This document shows positions 12,767 through 20,589 of a stretch of DNA of 33,715 nucleotides, piece by piece. The stretch is from a bacterium (GTDB lineage Bacteria; UBA10199; 2-02-FULL-44-16; DYJF01). How positions within the stretch are numbered: the stretch's first letter is position 1; every line of letters starts with the position of its first letter. Made by a program: the position numbers and the translations under genes. A model generated the notes under the pieces. It worked only from the letters and a program-made list of their open reading frames with translations, had not been told where the DNA came from and searched no databases. The stretch is taken from the NCBI GenBank assembly GCA_041739675.1, contig JBGSNL010000087.1:1-33715 (forward strand), read 5' to 3'.

Positions 12767-13348
12767 ATGACAGTTGCCAACATCCTGACCACAATCCGCC
12801 TGATTTTGACGCCCGTGTTCATTGTCCTTTTCATCGCCGGCCAGCATACGTGGGCGATCCTCGTTTTCTGCGTTGCGGGATTCACCGATCTTATAGACGG
12901 GACGGTGGCCCGGATGCTCAAACAACCCTCGGTCAAGGGGGCGCTTCTCGATCCTTTGGCCGACAAGTTTCTGGTCCAGTCCTGCTTCATCTGCCTTTTC
13001 TTCGCCGGCATCGTTCCATGGTGGTTTTTCCTTCTGGCCTTCGGCCGCGATCTGATGATCGTCTCGGGAATCTTTTATCTTGAGTACAGGAAATTTGCGC
13101 TGCCGTACCGCGCCACATGGTCGTCAAAGATAGCGACTCTCTTTCAGTTGGCCGTGGCCATCATCGGTCTCATACTCTGGTGGCAGCCCTCCATTGCGAT
13201 CGGCCTTCTGACCTTGCCCCATTTCTATTTCGGAATGATCATCGCCACCGCTTGTCTGCTCGTCATCAGCGGCACGCAATATGTGCTGATAGGTCTTTCG
13301 ATCCTCAAAGAGAACCGCGTGAAAGCTCAAGGCGGGGCAGCGTCATGA
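12767..13348 (+). CDS. CDP-alcohol phosphatidyltransferase (PgsA-like)
   Basis: ANILTTIRL and the family signature TDLIDGTVAR...GALLDPLADK; several TM helices. Confidence 0.92.
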   Translation: MTVANILTTIRLILTPVFIVLFIAGQHTWAILVFCVAGFTDLIDGTVARMLKQPSVKGALLDPLADKFLVQSCFICLFFAGIVPWWFFLLAFGRDLMIVSGIFYLEYRKFALPYRATWSSKIATLFQLAVAIIGLILWWQPSIAIGLLTLPHFYFGMIIATACLLVISGTQYVLIGLSILKENRVKAQGGAAS

Positions 13349-14433
13349 GCCGGCTCAAACTCAAGCTCGCCGTCAGCGATTTCCATCTTGGAAAAGGCCC
13401 CTATCTCACAAACGGCGAGAGAAACTACCTCGAGGATTTTTTCTACGATCAGAAGTTTGCGGAATTTCTGGGCTACTACAGTGCCGAGGAGTATGAGAAG
13501 GCCGACGTCGAGCTCATAATCCTGGGCGATTTTTTTAATCATCTGCAAGTTGACCCGCGCGAGCTTCATCCCGAGCTCATGACGGAGCGCGTGACGATCG
13601 CCCGGACCGGCGCCATCATGGACGGCCATCCGATGATCTTTGAAGCGCTTTCGAAATTTGCCGCCGCGCCAAACCACAAGATCACCTTTATCATCGGCAA
13701 CCATGATATCGGGCTCGTGTGGCCTTCGGTTCAGAGATTTGTGGTGGATCGCATAGGCGGCGAGACGAAGGTGCACAGGATGCCGCAGTACGTGGTCGAC
13801 CGGGTTTGCTTCGAGCACGGCAACCAGCAGGTCGCGGAGAACTGGATCGATTTTCAGGACCCGTTCATTACACAGGGCGTTTCCGAGCCGATCGTGAAGC
13901 TTCCGTGGGGCGATCTCTTCGTCATACGTTTTTTGAACCGCGTGAAGCGCGGCAGGCCCTACATCGACAAGATATATCCCTTCAAGAGATATCTCAGATG
14001 GGCCCTCATCCACGACACGATGTTCGCCCTGAAGACTTCAGCGTACGGGATCTGGTATTTTCTCCAGGTTCTTATGGGGGCGGGGGAAAACAAGAGGTTC
14101 CATCCGCGGCGGACGCTCAAGATCGTGAAGGAGTTCTCGTTCCCGGTCAGGATGCATCGCGCGGCAAAGCATGTGCTCACTTCGCACCCCGAGTGCGACG
14201 TTGTCGTCTTCGGCCACGCCCACCACGCGGTTGCGCGCCAGTTCAAGGACAGGCGCGAGTATTTCAACACGGGCATCTGGAACGAGATGATAAGCATGGA
14301 CGTCGTCACTTTCGGCAGATTGCTCCGCTTCACGTTTGTGGAGATCCGCTACGAAAAAGATAATATCCCGCAGGGCGAGCTCAAGGAATGGAAGGGGTGC
14401 TATCGCGAAGTGGAGGACGTGGTTCTCATATGA
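13345..14433 (+). CDS. Calcineurin-like metallophosphoesterase (LpxH-like motifs)
   Basis: SDFHLG, LGDFF, GNHD, HG, GHAH, NTG motifs. ATGA overlap with the upstream stop. Confidence 0.88.
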   Translation: MSRLKLKLAVSDFHLGKGPYLTNGERNYLEDFFYDQKFAEFLGYYSAEEYEKADVELIILGDFFNHLQVDPRELHPELMTERVTIARTGAIMDGHPMIFEALSKFAAAPNHKITFIIGNHDIGLVWPSVQRFVVDRIGGETKVHRMPQYVVDRVCFEHGNQQVAENWIDFQDPFITQGVSEPIVKLPWGDLFVIRFLNRVKRGRPYIDKIYPFKRYLRWALIHDTMFALKTSAYGIWYFLQVLMGAGENKRFHPRRTLKIVKEFSFPVRMHRAAKHVLTSHPECDVVVFGHAHHAVARQFKDRREYFNTGIWNEMISMDVVTFGRLLRFTFVEIRYEKDNIPQGELKEWKGCYREVEDVVLI

Positions 14434-14603
14434 TCCTCCGCAAAGCTGGCGCCGGAAAATGCTTCTCTCGCTACGGAGGCTCGCCTCAGACGCCGTCTCG
14501 CCTCCTGCGTTTCATTGCACCGCAGCATCATATGGCTACTGAAAGCGGCGCAATTCAACGCCGCTCGAGAAACATTTCCCGTCGCCAACTTTGCAGAGGG
14601 TCA
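14431..14603 (+). repeat. ~173-bp structured interspersed element, family B, copy 1
   Basis: Long imperfect terminal IR (TGATCCTCCGCAAAGCTGGCG... / ...CGCCAACTTTGCAGAGGGTCA). Its 82-nt core 14486..14567 matches the reverse complement of 27872..27953 with 5 mismatches. Confidence 0.85.
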
Positions 14604-14604
14604 A

Positions 14605-15282
14605 ATGATTGATTGTTTTGATCTGGGACTGATAGGTTATAGCGAAGCATGGCGGGTTCAAGAGGATCTCCGCTTGAAGCGGGAGAAGGAGGAGATTTGC
14701 GACCGACTCCTGCTTCTTGAGCATCCGCCTGTTTTCACGCTGGGCAGGCGTGAGTGTGATGAGGATATCGTTTCCACGCGCGAGCTCATAGCCAAGGACG
14801 GCATCGATATCGTCAAGACGAACCGCGGCGGGCGCATCACTTACCACGGCCCGGGCCAGCTTGTGGGATATTTCATCTGCAACGTGAATGAAGTGGTACG
14901 CCATTGTGTCATTGCGAGCGGAGCGAAGCAATCCCCCGGCATCAAGGGGTTTGTCTGGTTCATCGAAGAGTTGCTGCTGCGGGTCTTGGCTGATTTCAGT
15001 GTCAAGGGATCGCGTGACCCGGATCACCCGGGCATCTGGGTGGGGCGCGATAAGATAGCCGCCATCGGCCTTCACGTCTCGCACGGCATCACCCAACACG
15101 GCTTTGCCCTCAACGTGAACCCCGATCTTTCCCACTACCGCCACATCATCCCGTGCGGAATCAAGGCAAGGGGGGTGACCTCTCTGGCATGCCTCCTTGA
15201 AAAAGCCCCCTCGGTAGATGAGGTCAAACATGCAATCCACGCCCACCTTAAAGCTTTTTCTCAAGATCAAATAACCTTATAA
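14605..15282 (+). CDS. lipB: Lipoyl(octanoyl) transferase
   Basis: LLLEHPPVFTLG, RGGRITYHGPGQLVGY, KIAAIG, HGFALNV, IIPCG. Start at ATG 14605; the upstream ORF extension is read-through of the repeat. Confidence 0.95.
   Translation: MIDCFDLGLIGYSEAWRVQEDLRLKREKEEICDRLLLLEHPPVFTLGRRECDEDIVSTRELIAKDGIDIVKTNRGGRITYHGPGQLVGYFICNVNEVVRHCVIASGAKQSPGIKGFVWFIEELLLRVLADFSVKGSRDPDHPGIWVGRDKIAAIGLHVSHGITQHGFALNVNPDLSHYRHIIPCGIKARGVTSLACLLEKAPSVDEVKHAIHAHLKAFSQDQITL
14907..14935 (+). repeat. Short palindromic element, family C, in frame within lipB
   Basis: TGTCATTGCGAGCGGAGCGAAGCAATCCC encodes VIASGAKQS in a loop that is short in typical LipB. The same 5' 13-mer occurs at 27575. Confidence 0.75.
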
Positions 15283-15335
15283 ATCAATCTAGTAAATACT
15301 AATATATAAACCGTGACTGCAAGCCATAAAATCAC

Positions 15336-15362
15336 GCAACCTTTCCGGAAAAAAGCCGATAA
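15336..15362 (+). promoter_or_regulatory. Sigma28/FliA-like promoter motif, copy 3
   Basis: GCAAC-N14-GCCGATAA (perfect FliA -10), followed by SD GGAGG and ATG 15395. Confidence 0.75.
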
Positions 15363-15394
15363 TAAAACTAAGTGGATTATCTGGAGGTATTTTT

Positions 15395-16948
15395 ATGCCG
15401 GGGACCACATTACCCATATCAAATCAGACGCCTGAGCCCAGCCACGGCGGGCAGGACCATCCGTATCCGGATTCGATACTTCCCTGCGGCTATTTCAATG
15501 ATTACTTCATTGAAAAACTGATCGTCAGCGATGAGGACGGTTCTCAACCTCTTGCGGGGAGAATATATTCGTCTTACTGGAACGAATTGATTCACGATGG
15601 ATTCAGAGATTTGTCTAATGAAGAAGCTTTTTTTATCGATCAGAACAAACAAGATTATTCGTTCATGGATGTATGTCAGATGAGGACGCGCTCCGGTTAT
15701 CATTTGTTTGCAGTGATGGAAAAACCTTCTGCAAACTTCATTGAGGTACCTTTGGCCATCGAGCCCGAGGGGTTGTTATATGGCATAATTCATTCCCCTT
15801 TTGCTGAATCAATTTCAAACGCCTATGTATTGATGAAACATCTCGATTGGCAGACTACATTTAATTTATTTCAAGGGTTTTACCCGACAGCATTGAGCCG
15901 GGATTATAAGGTTGTCGACTCCATGGACGTCGATTTCGACGGCAAGTTCGAGGCAAATGAGGAGGTGGACAAAGACGGCGATAGTGAGCTTTCCAATTCG
16001 GAGATCATCGATTTTTTCCTGAGAAACTGGAACGTCCTTGCCGAAAAAGCACCGTTCTTCAGTTTCGGCATTACAAACCCGATCCATAGGATAATTGCAA
16101 ACGAGCAGGAGACCCTGCATCTGACAGACGAGCAAGTGTCGGAGGTTTACTCGAAGTTGAGGGAGGTGCTGAATAATGTCCGACTGGCCGAGGCGAAGCG
16201 TGCGGCCTACAATATCCTGATTTCACCCTGGGAAATACTTGGAGATGTTCTTTCTCCCGGATTTTCGAGCAGCTTACTTCCTTTCAAGTCCATCGAGCTC
16301 TCAAAAGTTTCCATAATGCGTTCGGTCCGCGAGGCGATGATATCGTCGGGAATTTCTAATGTGCCACGCTCCTCCGATTCCTTTGTCCGGAGTATTCTCG
16401 ATGGGCAGTTTGATTGTGACAGCGGCTCATACGTTTTGTTGGCGATAGCACATGAGTTGGGATGGCCCGTACGCACTGTCCTTTTTCCGGGAAACGAAGA
16501 GTCCAATTACACGAATCATATGTTTACCAGATGGATAAATGAGGACGGAAGTTATGTAAATTACGATATTGATGATGATTCATCGATACATGATTTTAAA
16601 TATTTAGCCGTGGCAGACTATGAAGCATTGAGTGCGGGCCTCTATTTTCATAACATGACCGATTCAGAGATCTACGCGCTCGATTACTATGTCATAGCCG
16701 ATCTGTCAGATAACGAAATCGAAGCTCTTAATTCGGCGTTGGCCTATGACCCATATCTTACTCTTGCGTTGAGAGATAGGGCAAGGTTGGAATTTTTGAA
16801 TGACGATTTGGGTGGAGCATTGTGGGATTATATGGCGTTGCTATCCATAAATCCCAACGACAGTGATGGGACAAGAGGGATTCTTATGTTGTCCCATCGT
16901 CTCTTGGAAGTTGGTTGGAGTGTTCTGGAAGGTCTATTCAATTGGTAG
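15395..16948 (+). CDS. Hypothetical protein: N-terminal extension, EF-hand-like motifs, transglutaminase-like core, TPR
   Basis: DVDFDG...DKDGD; FDCDSGSY...HELGWP...NHMFTRW...VNYD; C-terminal TPR-like region. Paralog of 6472..7665 and visibly more AT-rich than its neighbours. Confidence 0.8.
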   Translation: MPGTTLPISNQTPEPSHGGQDHPYPDSILPCGYFNDYFIEKLIVSDEDGSQPLAGRIYSSYWNELIHDGFRDLSNEEAFFIDQNKQDYSFMDVCQMRTRSGYHLFAVMEKPSANFIEVPLAIEPEGLLYGIIHSPFAESISNAYVLMKHLDWQTTFNLFQGFYPTALSRDYKVVDSMDVDFDGKFEANEEVDKDGDSELSNSEIIDFFLRNWNVLAEKAPFFSFGITNPIHRIIANEQETLHLTDEQVSEVYSKLREVLNNVRLAEAKRAAYNILISPWEILGDVLSPGFSSSLLPFKSIELSKVSIMRSVREAMISSGISNVPRSSDSFVRSILDGQFDCDSGSYVLLAIAHELGWPVRTVLFPGNEESNYTNHMFTRWINEDGSYVNYDIDDDSSIHDFKYLAVADYEALSAGLYFHNMTDSEIYALDYYVIADLSDNEIEALNSALAYDPYLTLALRDRARLEFLNDDLGGALWDYMALLSINPNDSDGTRGILMLSHRLLEVGWSVLEGLFNW

Positions 16949-16963
16949 CGTAAAGGAGACCAG

Positions 16964-17875
16964 ATGTCGGCTGAGTTTCGGCCAGTAATCGAGCTTTGTC
17001 AGTTTGAGATGACGCCGGAGGAGAATGCTCTCTGCGCCGCATCTGTAGAGGACTACAAATCCAAGCTCATTGCCTATTGCTCCTACACGCAGCAGCACGA
17101 AAATCCTGCGGATCAATTTTGCCTGATCGCTCTGCCGGAGCCTGAGATAAGGACACAAAACATTTTGGGAGAGAGTGCGCGCAGAGGGCGCCAGCTCGTC
17201 ATCCCGCAGCTGCCGGTAGATTTTGACGATCTGCCCGAGATGCTTCAGGACAAAATTGACGAAGACACTTACACCGCCATCATGGAGAATGAAGCACCGC
17301 CGCTTCCCGGCGAGGAGACTGGTTATGGTTTGTGGATGGGGTCTCTGCGCTTCCAGTACGATCTTTTCGGGACCAACACGGAGATCGTTGGCGAGAGCGC
17401 GGGCCCATCGCATCCCAACACCGATGACTCGACTGAATATCTCTCGCACTTCGGCTCAAGGCTGGAAGTGAGGTTCCGTTTTCCTTTCGGCCTCACTCTC
17501 ATGACGGGCGCGGACTATATGTTCGACTATTCCAAAAACGGCGCTAATCTCCACACGATAGATTGGGTGGGAGGAACGGGCTATTCTTTCATGACAAGCG
17601 ATTCTTCGGAGCTTGAAATCTCCGCTATAGGAAGGGTCGGCTATCTTACCTCAGACGGAGATGTATATAATGAAAACCTTGGTGAAAAATTTAGATTTTC
17701 AGCCCTCGATGCGACCATCGGCATGCGCGTCGACCTGATCCTGCGCTTCGGCAATTTTTGCTTTCTGGCGGGGCTCGAAGGTTTCAGGGCCTTCACGAAC
17801 GCGAAAGTTGACGGTCTGACAATCGAAACGTTTCCATACTCATTCATGGTGACATTAGGTGCTGGTGTGATATAA
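16964..17875 (+). CDS. Hypothetical protein with a C-terminal outer-membrane beta-barrel-like region
   Basis: SD AAAGGAG. The C-terminal half has alternating amphipathic strands ending in YSFMVTLGAGVI. No signal peptide. Confidence 0.7.
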   Translation: MSAEFRPVIELCQFEMTPEENALCAASVEDYKSKLIAYCSYTQQHENPADQFCLIALPEPEIRTQNILGESARRGRQLVIPQLPVDFDDLPEMLQDKIDEDTYTAIMENEAPPLPGEETGYGLWMGSLRFQYDLFGTNTEIVGESAGPSHPNTDDSTEYLSHFGSRLEVRFRFPFGLTLMTGADYMFDYSKNGANLHTIDWVGGTGYSFMTSDSSELEISAIGRVGYLTSDGDVYNENLGEKFRFSALDATIGMRVDLILRFGNFCFLAGLEGFRAFTNAKVDGLTIETFPYSFMVTLGAGVI

Positions 17876-17902
17876 GAATTGGCCTCATGAAAAGGGGGCC
17901 AT

Positions 17903-19375
17903 ATGAAAAAAGCCGCGATTGTTCTCTTTTTTGCACTTCTGATTTCAAATCCTTCATCAGCGCAAGTGATTCCGACCGCAGATATAACTCCTGACCCTCT
18001 GGTCTTCGCAGACACTCTGGTGGGCGAGACTTCCGAAGCGGGAACCTTCACTGTTACAAACACCAGCTCTTATCTTCCGCTTCTCGTCTTTCAAGTGAGG
18101 ATCGCCGATCCGGCGATTTTTTCGATCGATAGCGACGGCTGCACCGGCCAGACGATACAGCCGGGCGACAACTGCACAATAGATGTCACCTTCACGCCCG
18201 ACAGACAGGGTTTTTACAACTCTTCACTGTCGATCATAAGCCTCAGCCGCAGCATCATAGATTTTGCGATCATGGAGGGCAGGGGGATCGCGCCCGCAGT
18301 GACTTTGTCTTCGACATCGATCGACTTCGGCGACCAGACAGTGGGAAGAAGCGGCAGCCCGCGCATCGTTTTGCTGACCAACAGCGGATCGGCGACGCTC
18401 AATATCGAGTCCATAGTTCCGACGGGGGTTTTCACCGAGACCGACGATTGCGGCGCGGCAGTCGAGCCTCAGGCGAGCTGCACTCTTTCAATAACCTTCA
18501 CGCCTACTGCGGTTGGTGAGTTCACGGGAGATGTGACGATAACCGACGATGCGGAGGACAGCCCGCAGACAATAGATCTCAGCGGTACGGGTGTCCCCGA
18601 GGGAACGCCAGATGTCGGGCTCTCAACTACGGAGATCGATTTTGGAAGTCAGCCGGTCGGTACAACAGGAACTCCTGTGGTCGTTACGGTCACGAGCACG
18701 GGGACCGTTGCGGTCAACATTGCAGCCGTCACAGCGAGCGGAAATTTTGCCGAGACCAACGACTGCATCGGGGCTCTGGCGCCCGACGCACAGTGCACGA
18801 TAAACGCCACCTTTACGCCTCCGCTTGCGGGCGTTTTCACGGGAACGATAGTGATTGATGACGATGCATCGGATTCGCCGCAGACGATAAATCTCACAGG
18901 TACGGGCTTCGACAACGGGGCGCCGACCGCCGATCTTTCAGTCGCGAGTCTCAATTTTGGAGAGCAGGTGGTGGGTGAAAAGAGCGCCGTTCAGACTGTC
19001 ACGCTGACGAATAACGGGACGGCCAATCTTATAGTCGCCGAAGTGTTGATAGGAGGAGACGGCAGCCACAGCTACAGCGAAACGGACAACTGCGAGGGTG
19101 CTACTATAGCCGTCGGTTCATTCTGCACGATCGAAGTCAGTTTCACGCCGGCCCAGGAAGGGGCAATAAGCGCGTCTGTGAGTATCGCAGACGATGCAAC
19201 GGGCAGCCCACAGCTTGTTGCGCTCACGGGGACCGGCACCGAGCAGACAAGCGGCGGCGGCTGTTCGCTGGCAAACGGCCACAGCGGCCGAACGCTCTGG
19301 GGCGCCATCATTCTTGTTCCGATTTTCGTTTTCCTATTTGGATTTAGAAACCGATTCGGCAGGCTGGAAGGTTAG
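17903..19375 (+). CDS. Surface protein with four Ig-like ASH/choice-of-anchor-D repeats and a C-terminal GGGC-TM-basic sorting signal
   Basis: Signal peptide; repeats of the form DFG.Q.VG...TN.G...DC...C.I...FTP...G...I.DDA..SPQ...L.GTG; ends in SGGGCSL, a TM helix and RNRFGR. Confidence 0.88.
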   Translation: MKKAAIVLFFALLISNPSSAQVIPTADITPDPLVFADTLVGETSEAGTFTVTNTSSYLPLLVFQVRIADPAIFSIDSDGCTGQTIQPGDNCTIDVTFTPDRQGFYNSSLSIISLSRSIIDFAIMEGRGIAPAVTLSSTSIDFGDQTVGRSGSPRIVLLTNSGSATLNIESIVPTGVFTETDDCGAAVEPQASCTLSITFTPTAVGEFTGDVTITDDAEDSPQTIDLSGTGVPEGTPDVGLSTTEIDFGSQPVGTTGTPVVVTVTSTGTVAVNIAAVTASGNFAETNDCIGALAPDAQCTINATFTPPLAGVFTGTIVIDDDASDSPQTINLTGTGFDNGAPTADLSVASLNFGEQVVGEKSAVQTVTLTNNGTANLIVAEVLIGGDGSHSYSETDNCEGATIAVGSFCTIEVSFTPAQEGAISASVSIADDATGSPQLVALTGTGTEQTSGGGCSLANGHSGRTLWGAIILVPIFVFLFGFRNRFGRLEG

Positions 19376-19567
19376 CTTTCCTTCCGGCACCGTAGGGTCG
19401 GACGGCGAGGCCGGCTCTTCGAAGACCTCAATATAATCGGCATTGGGTTCGCTGTTGGGAAGCGTCTTGAGATATGCCTGATAATCCTTGGGACTCACGA
19501 CACCCCTGCGTACCAATTGTTCAAGCGTGCGCAGATCGTACATCTCGTCTTCTCTCACCTTTGTCAT
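19334..19567 (-). CDS. Small hypothetical protein
   Basis: SD AAAGGAG upstream of the start; protein-like sequence YDLRTLEQLVRRG..YLKTLP; co-oriented downstream of the diadenylate cyclase gene. Confidence 0.7.
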   Translation of the reverse strand: MTKVREDEMYDLRTLEQLVRRGVVSPKDYQAYLKTLPNSEPNADYIEVFEEPASPSDPTVPEGKLTFQPAESVSKSK

Positions 19568-19605
19568 CTGAATCTAAATCTCCTTTCATAAACTCAATCT
19601 GTTTT

Positions 19606-20499
19606 CTAAGTCTTTGTCGGTCCCTTTTCAATGTGCATCACAATCTCGCCGTCCTTGAATATCCTCACGTCACCGGAGGATTCGCTGATAACAAAAGCAA
19701 TCGCCTTGGTCAAGGCCGTGATGCCAGCCGCCGCAATATGCCGGCTGCCCAGACCGCGGGGTAGCGTGGATTCGTCGATTGCGGCTCCCAGATAGCGCCC
19801 TGCGGTGATGACCGTTCCGTCGTCCCCGATGATAAAAGCCCCGTCCATCGCCGCAAACTCGCGCATCGTCTCTTTGAGCGAGGGTAGCAGAATATTGCGC
19901 TCCTCTTCGTCATAGCCCTTGAACGGGTTCATTATCATTTGTTTAGACAACTGCAGCACTTTGTCCGAATCTCCCAAAACGAAGATCGTTCCCACCGGCT
20001 TTCCTTCCCGCCCCTTGTCCGCCAGCTCCACAACAATATTCAAAACTGTTTGAAAGAGCTCCGGCTTCACGGCCTCGGCCAGCTTGATGATAGCGCGGCT
20101 GGTTATGATTTCCGATTCACGGGAGGTGTCAACGATATGGATGAGATCTAGAAGCCCGAGATCTGTCTGTCCCACACAGAACACAATTTTTGCCCCGGGC
20201 TCGACTATCTCCTGTGAGAGGGCGAGTGTCGTGGCGATCTTGATCATGGACACGCGGCTCAAATGGATTTTGGGAAGATTGATTACTGTCCTTGCGTGCG
20301 CGGCCAGAGACTCTTTGTGTTCCTCCATCTGCTCGAACTTTTTCCTGCGGGAAAGCAAAATGATATCGAATTTTTTTGTGATTCGCTCGTCGAACTCCAG
20401 ATCTTCCAGCGGATCGGCATGGATCATCACGGCATCGGCCTTGATTTGAGAGGCCAGCTTGAACGCCGTTTTGATCATCAATTCATTTTCAACTAACAT
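19606..20499 (-). CDS. dacZ: Diadenylate cyclase (DisA_N/DAC domain, DacZ-type architecture)
   Basis: GREGKPVGTIFVLGD, NPFKGY, MDGAF, GLGSRHIAAAGIT, ISESSG. Start at ATG 20499, preceded by TTGAAG-N17-TATTTA. Confidence 0.85.
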   Translation of the reverse strand: MLVENELMIKTAFKLASQIKADAVMIHADPLEDLEFDERITKKFDIILLSRRKKFEQMEEHKESLAAHARTVINLPKIHLSRVSMIKIATTLALSQEIVEPGAKIVFCVGQTDLGLLDLIHIVDTSRESEIITSRAIIKLAEAVKPELFQTVLNIVVELADKGREGKPVGTIFVLGDSDKVLQLSKQMIMNPFKGYDEEERNILLPSLKETMREFAAMDGAFIIGDDGTVITAGRYLGAAIDESTLPRGLGSRHIAAAGITALTKAIAFVISESSGDVRIFKDGEIVMHIEKGPTKT

Positions 20500-20552
20500 G
20501 GCAAAGCGTAAATAACCGATTTTTCGAGGTACTTCAAGCAATTTCGGGTTGA

Positions 20553-20581
20553 TTGACCTTTCATTTCAAATGAATTAATCT
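20553..20581 (+). promoter_or_regulatory. Sigma70 promoter of dsbD (leaderless layout) with a 7-1-7 palindrome in the spacer
   Basis: TTGACC-N17-TAATCT-N8-ATG; TTCATTT-C-AAATGAA at 20560..20574. Confidence 0.7.
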
Positions 20582-20589
20582 GCGTTTCT

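Noticed and set aside
14486..14567. Family B core as a hammerhead ribozyme, riboswitch or tRNA
   Set aside because: It has CTGAAAG but not the CTGANGA...GAAA hammerhead core, no cloverleaf or T-loop, and no riboswitch consensus I recognise.
14515..14604. N-terminal extension of LipB, and the small ORFs at 14336-14612 and 27802-28130
   Set aside because: These are translations of the family B repeat; the same peptides appear at both loci.
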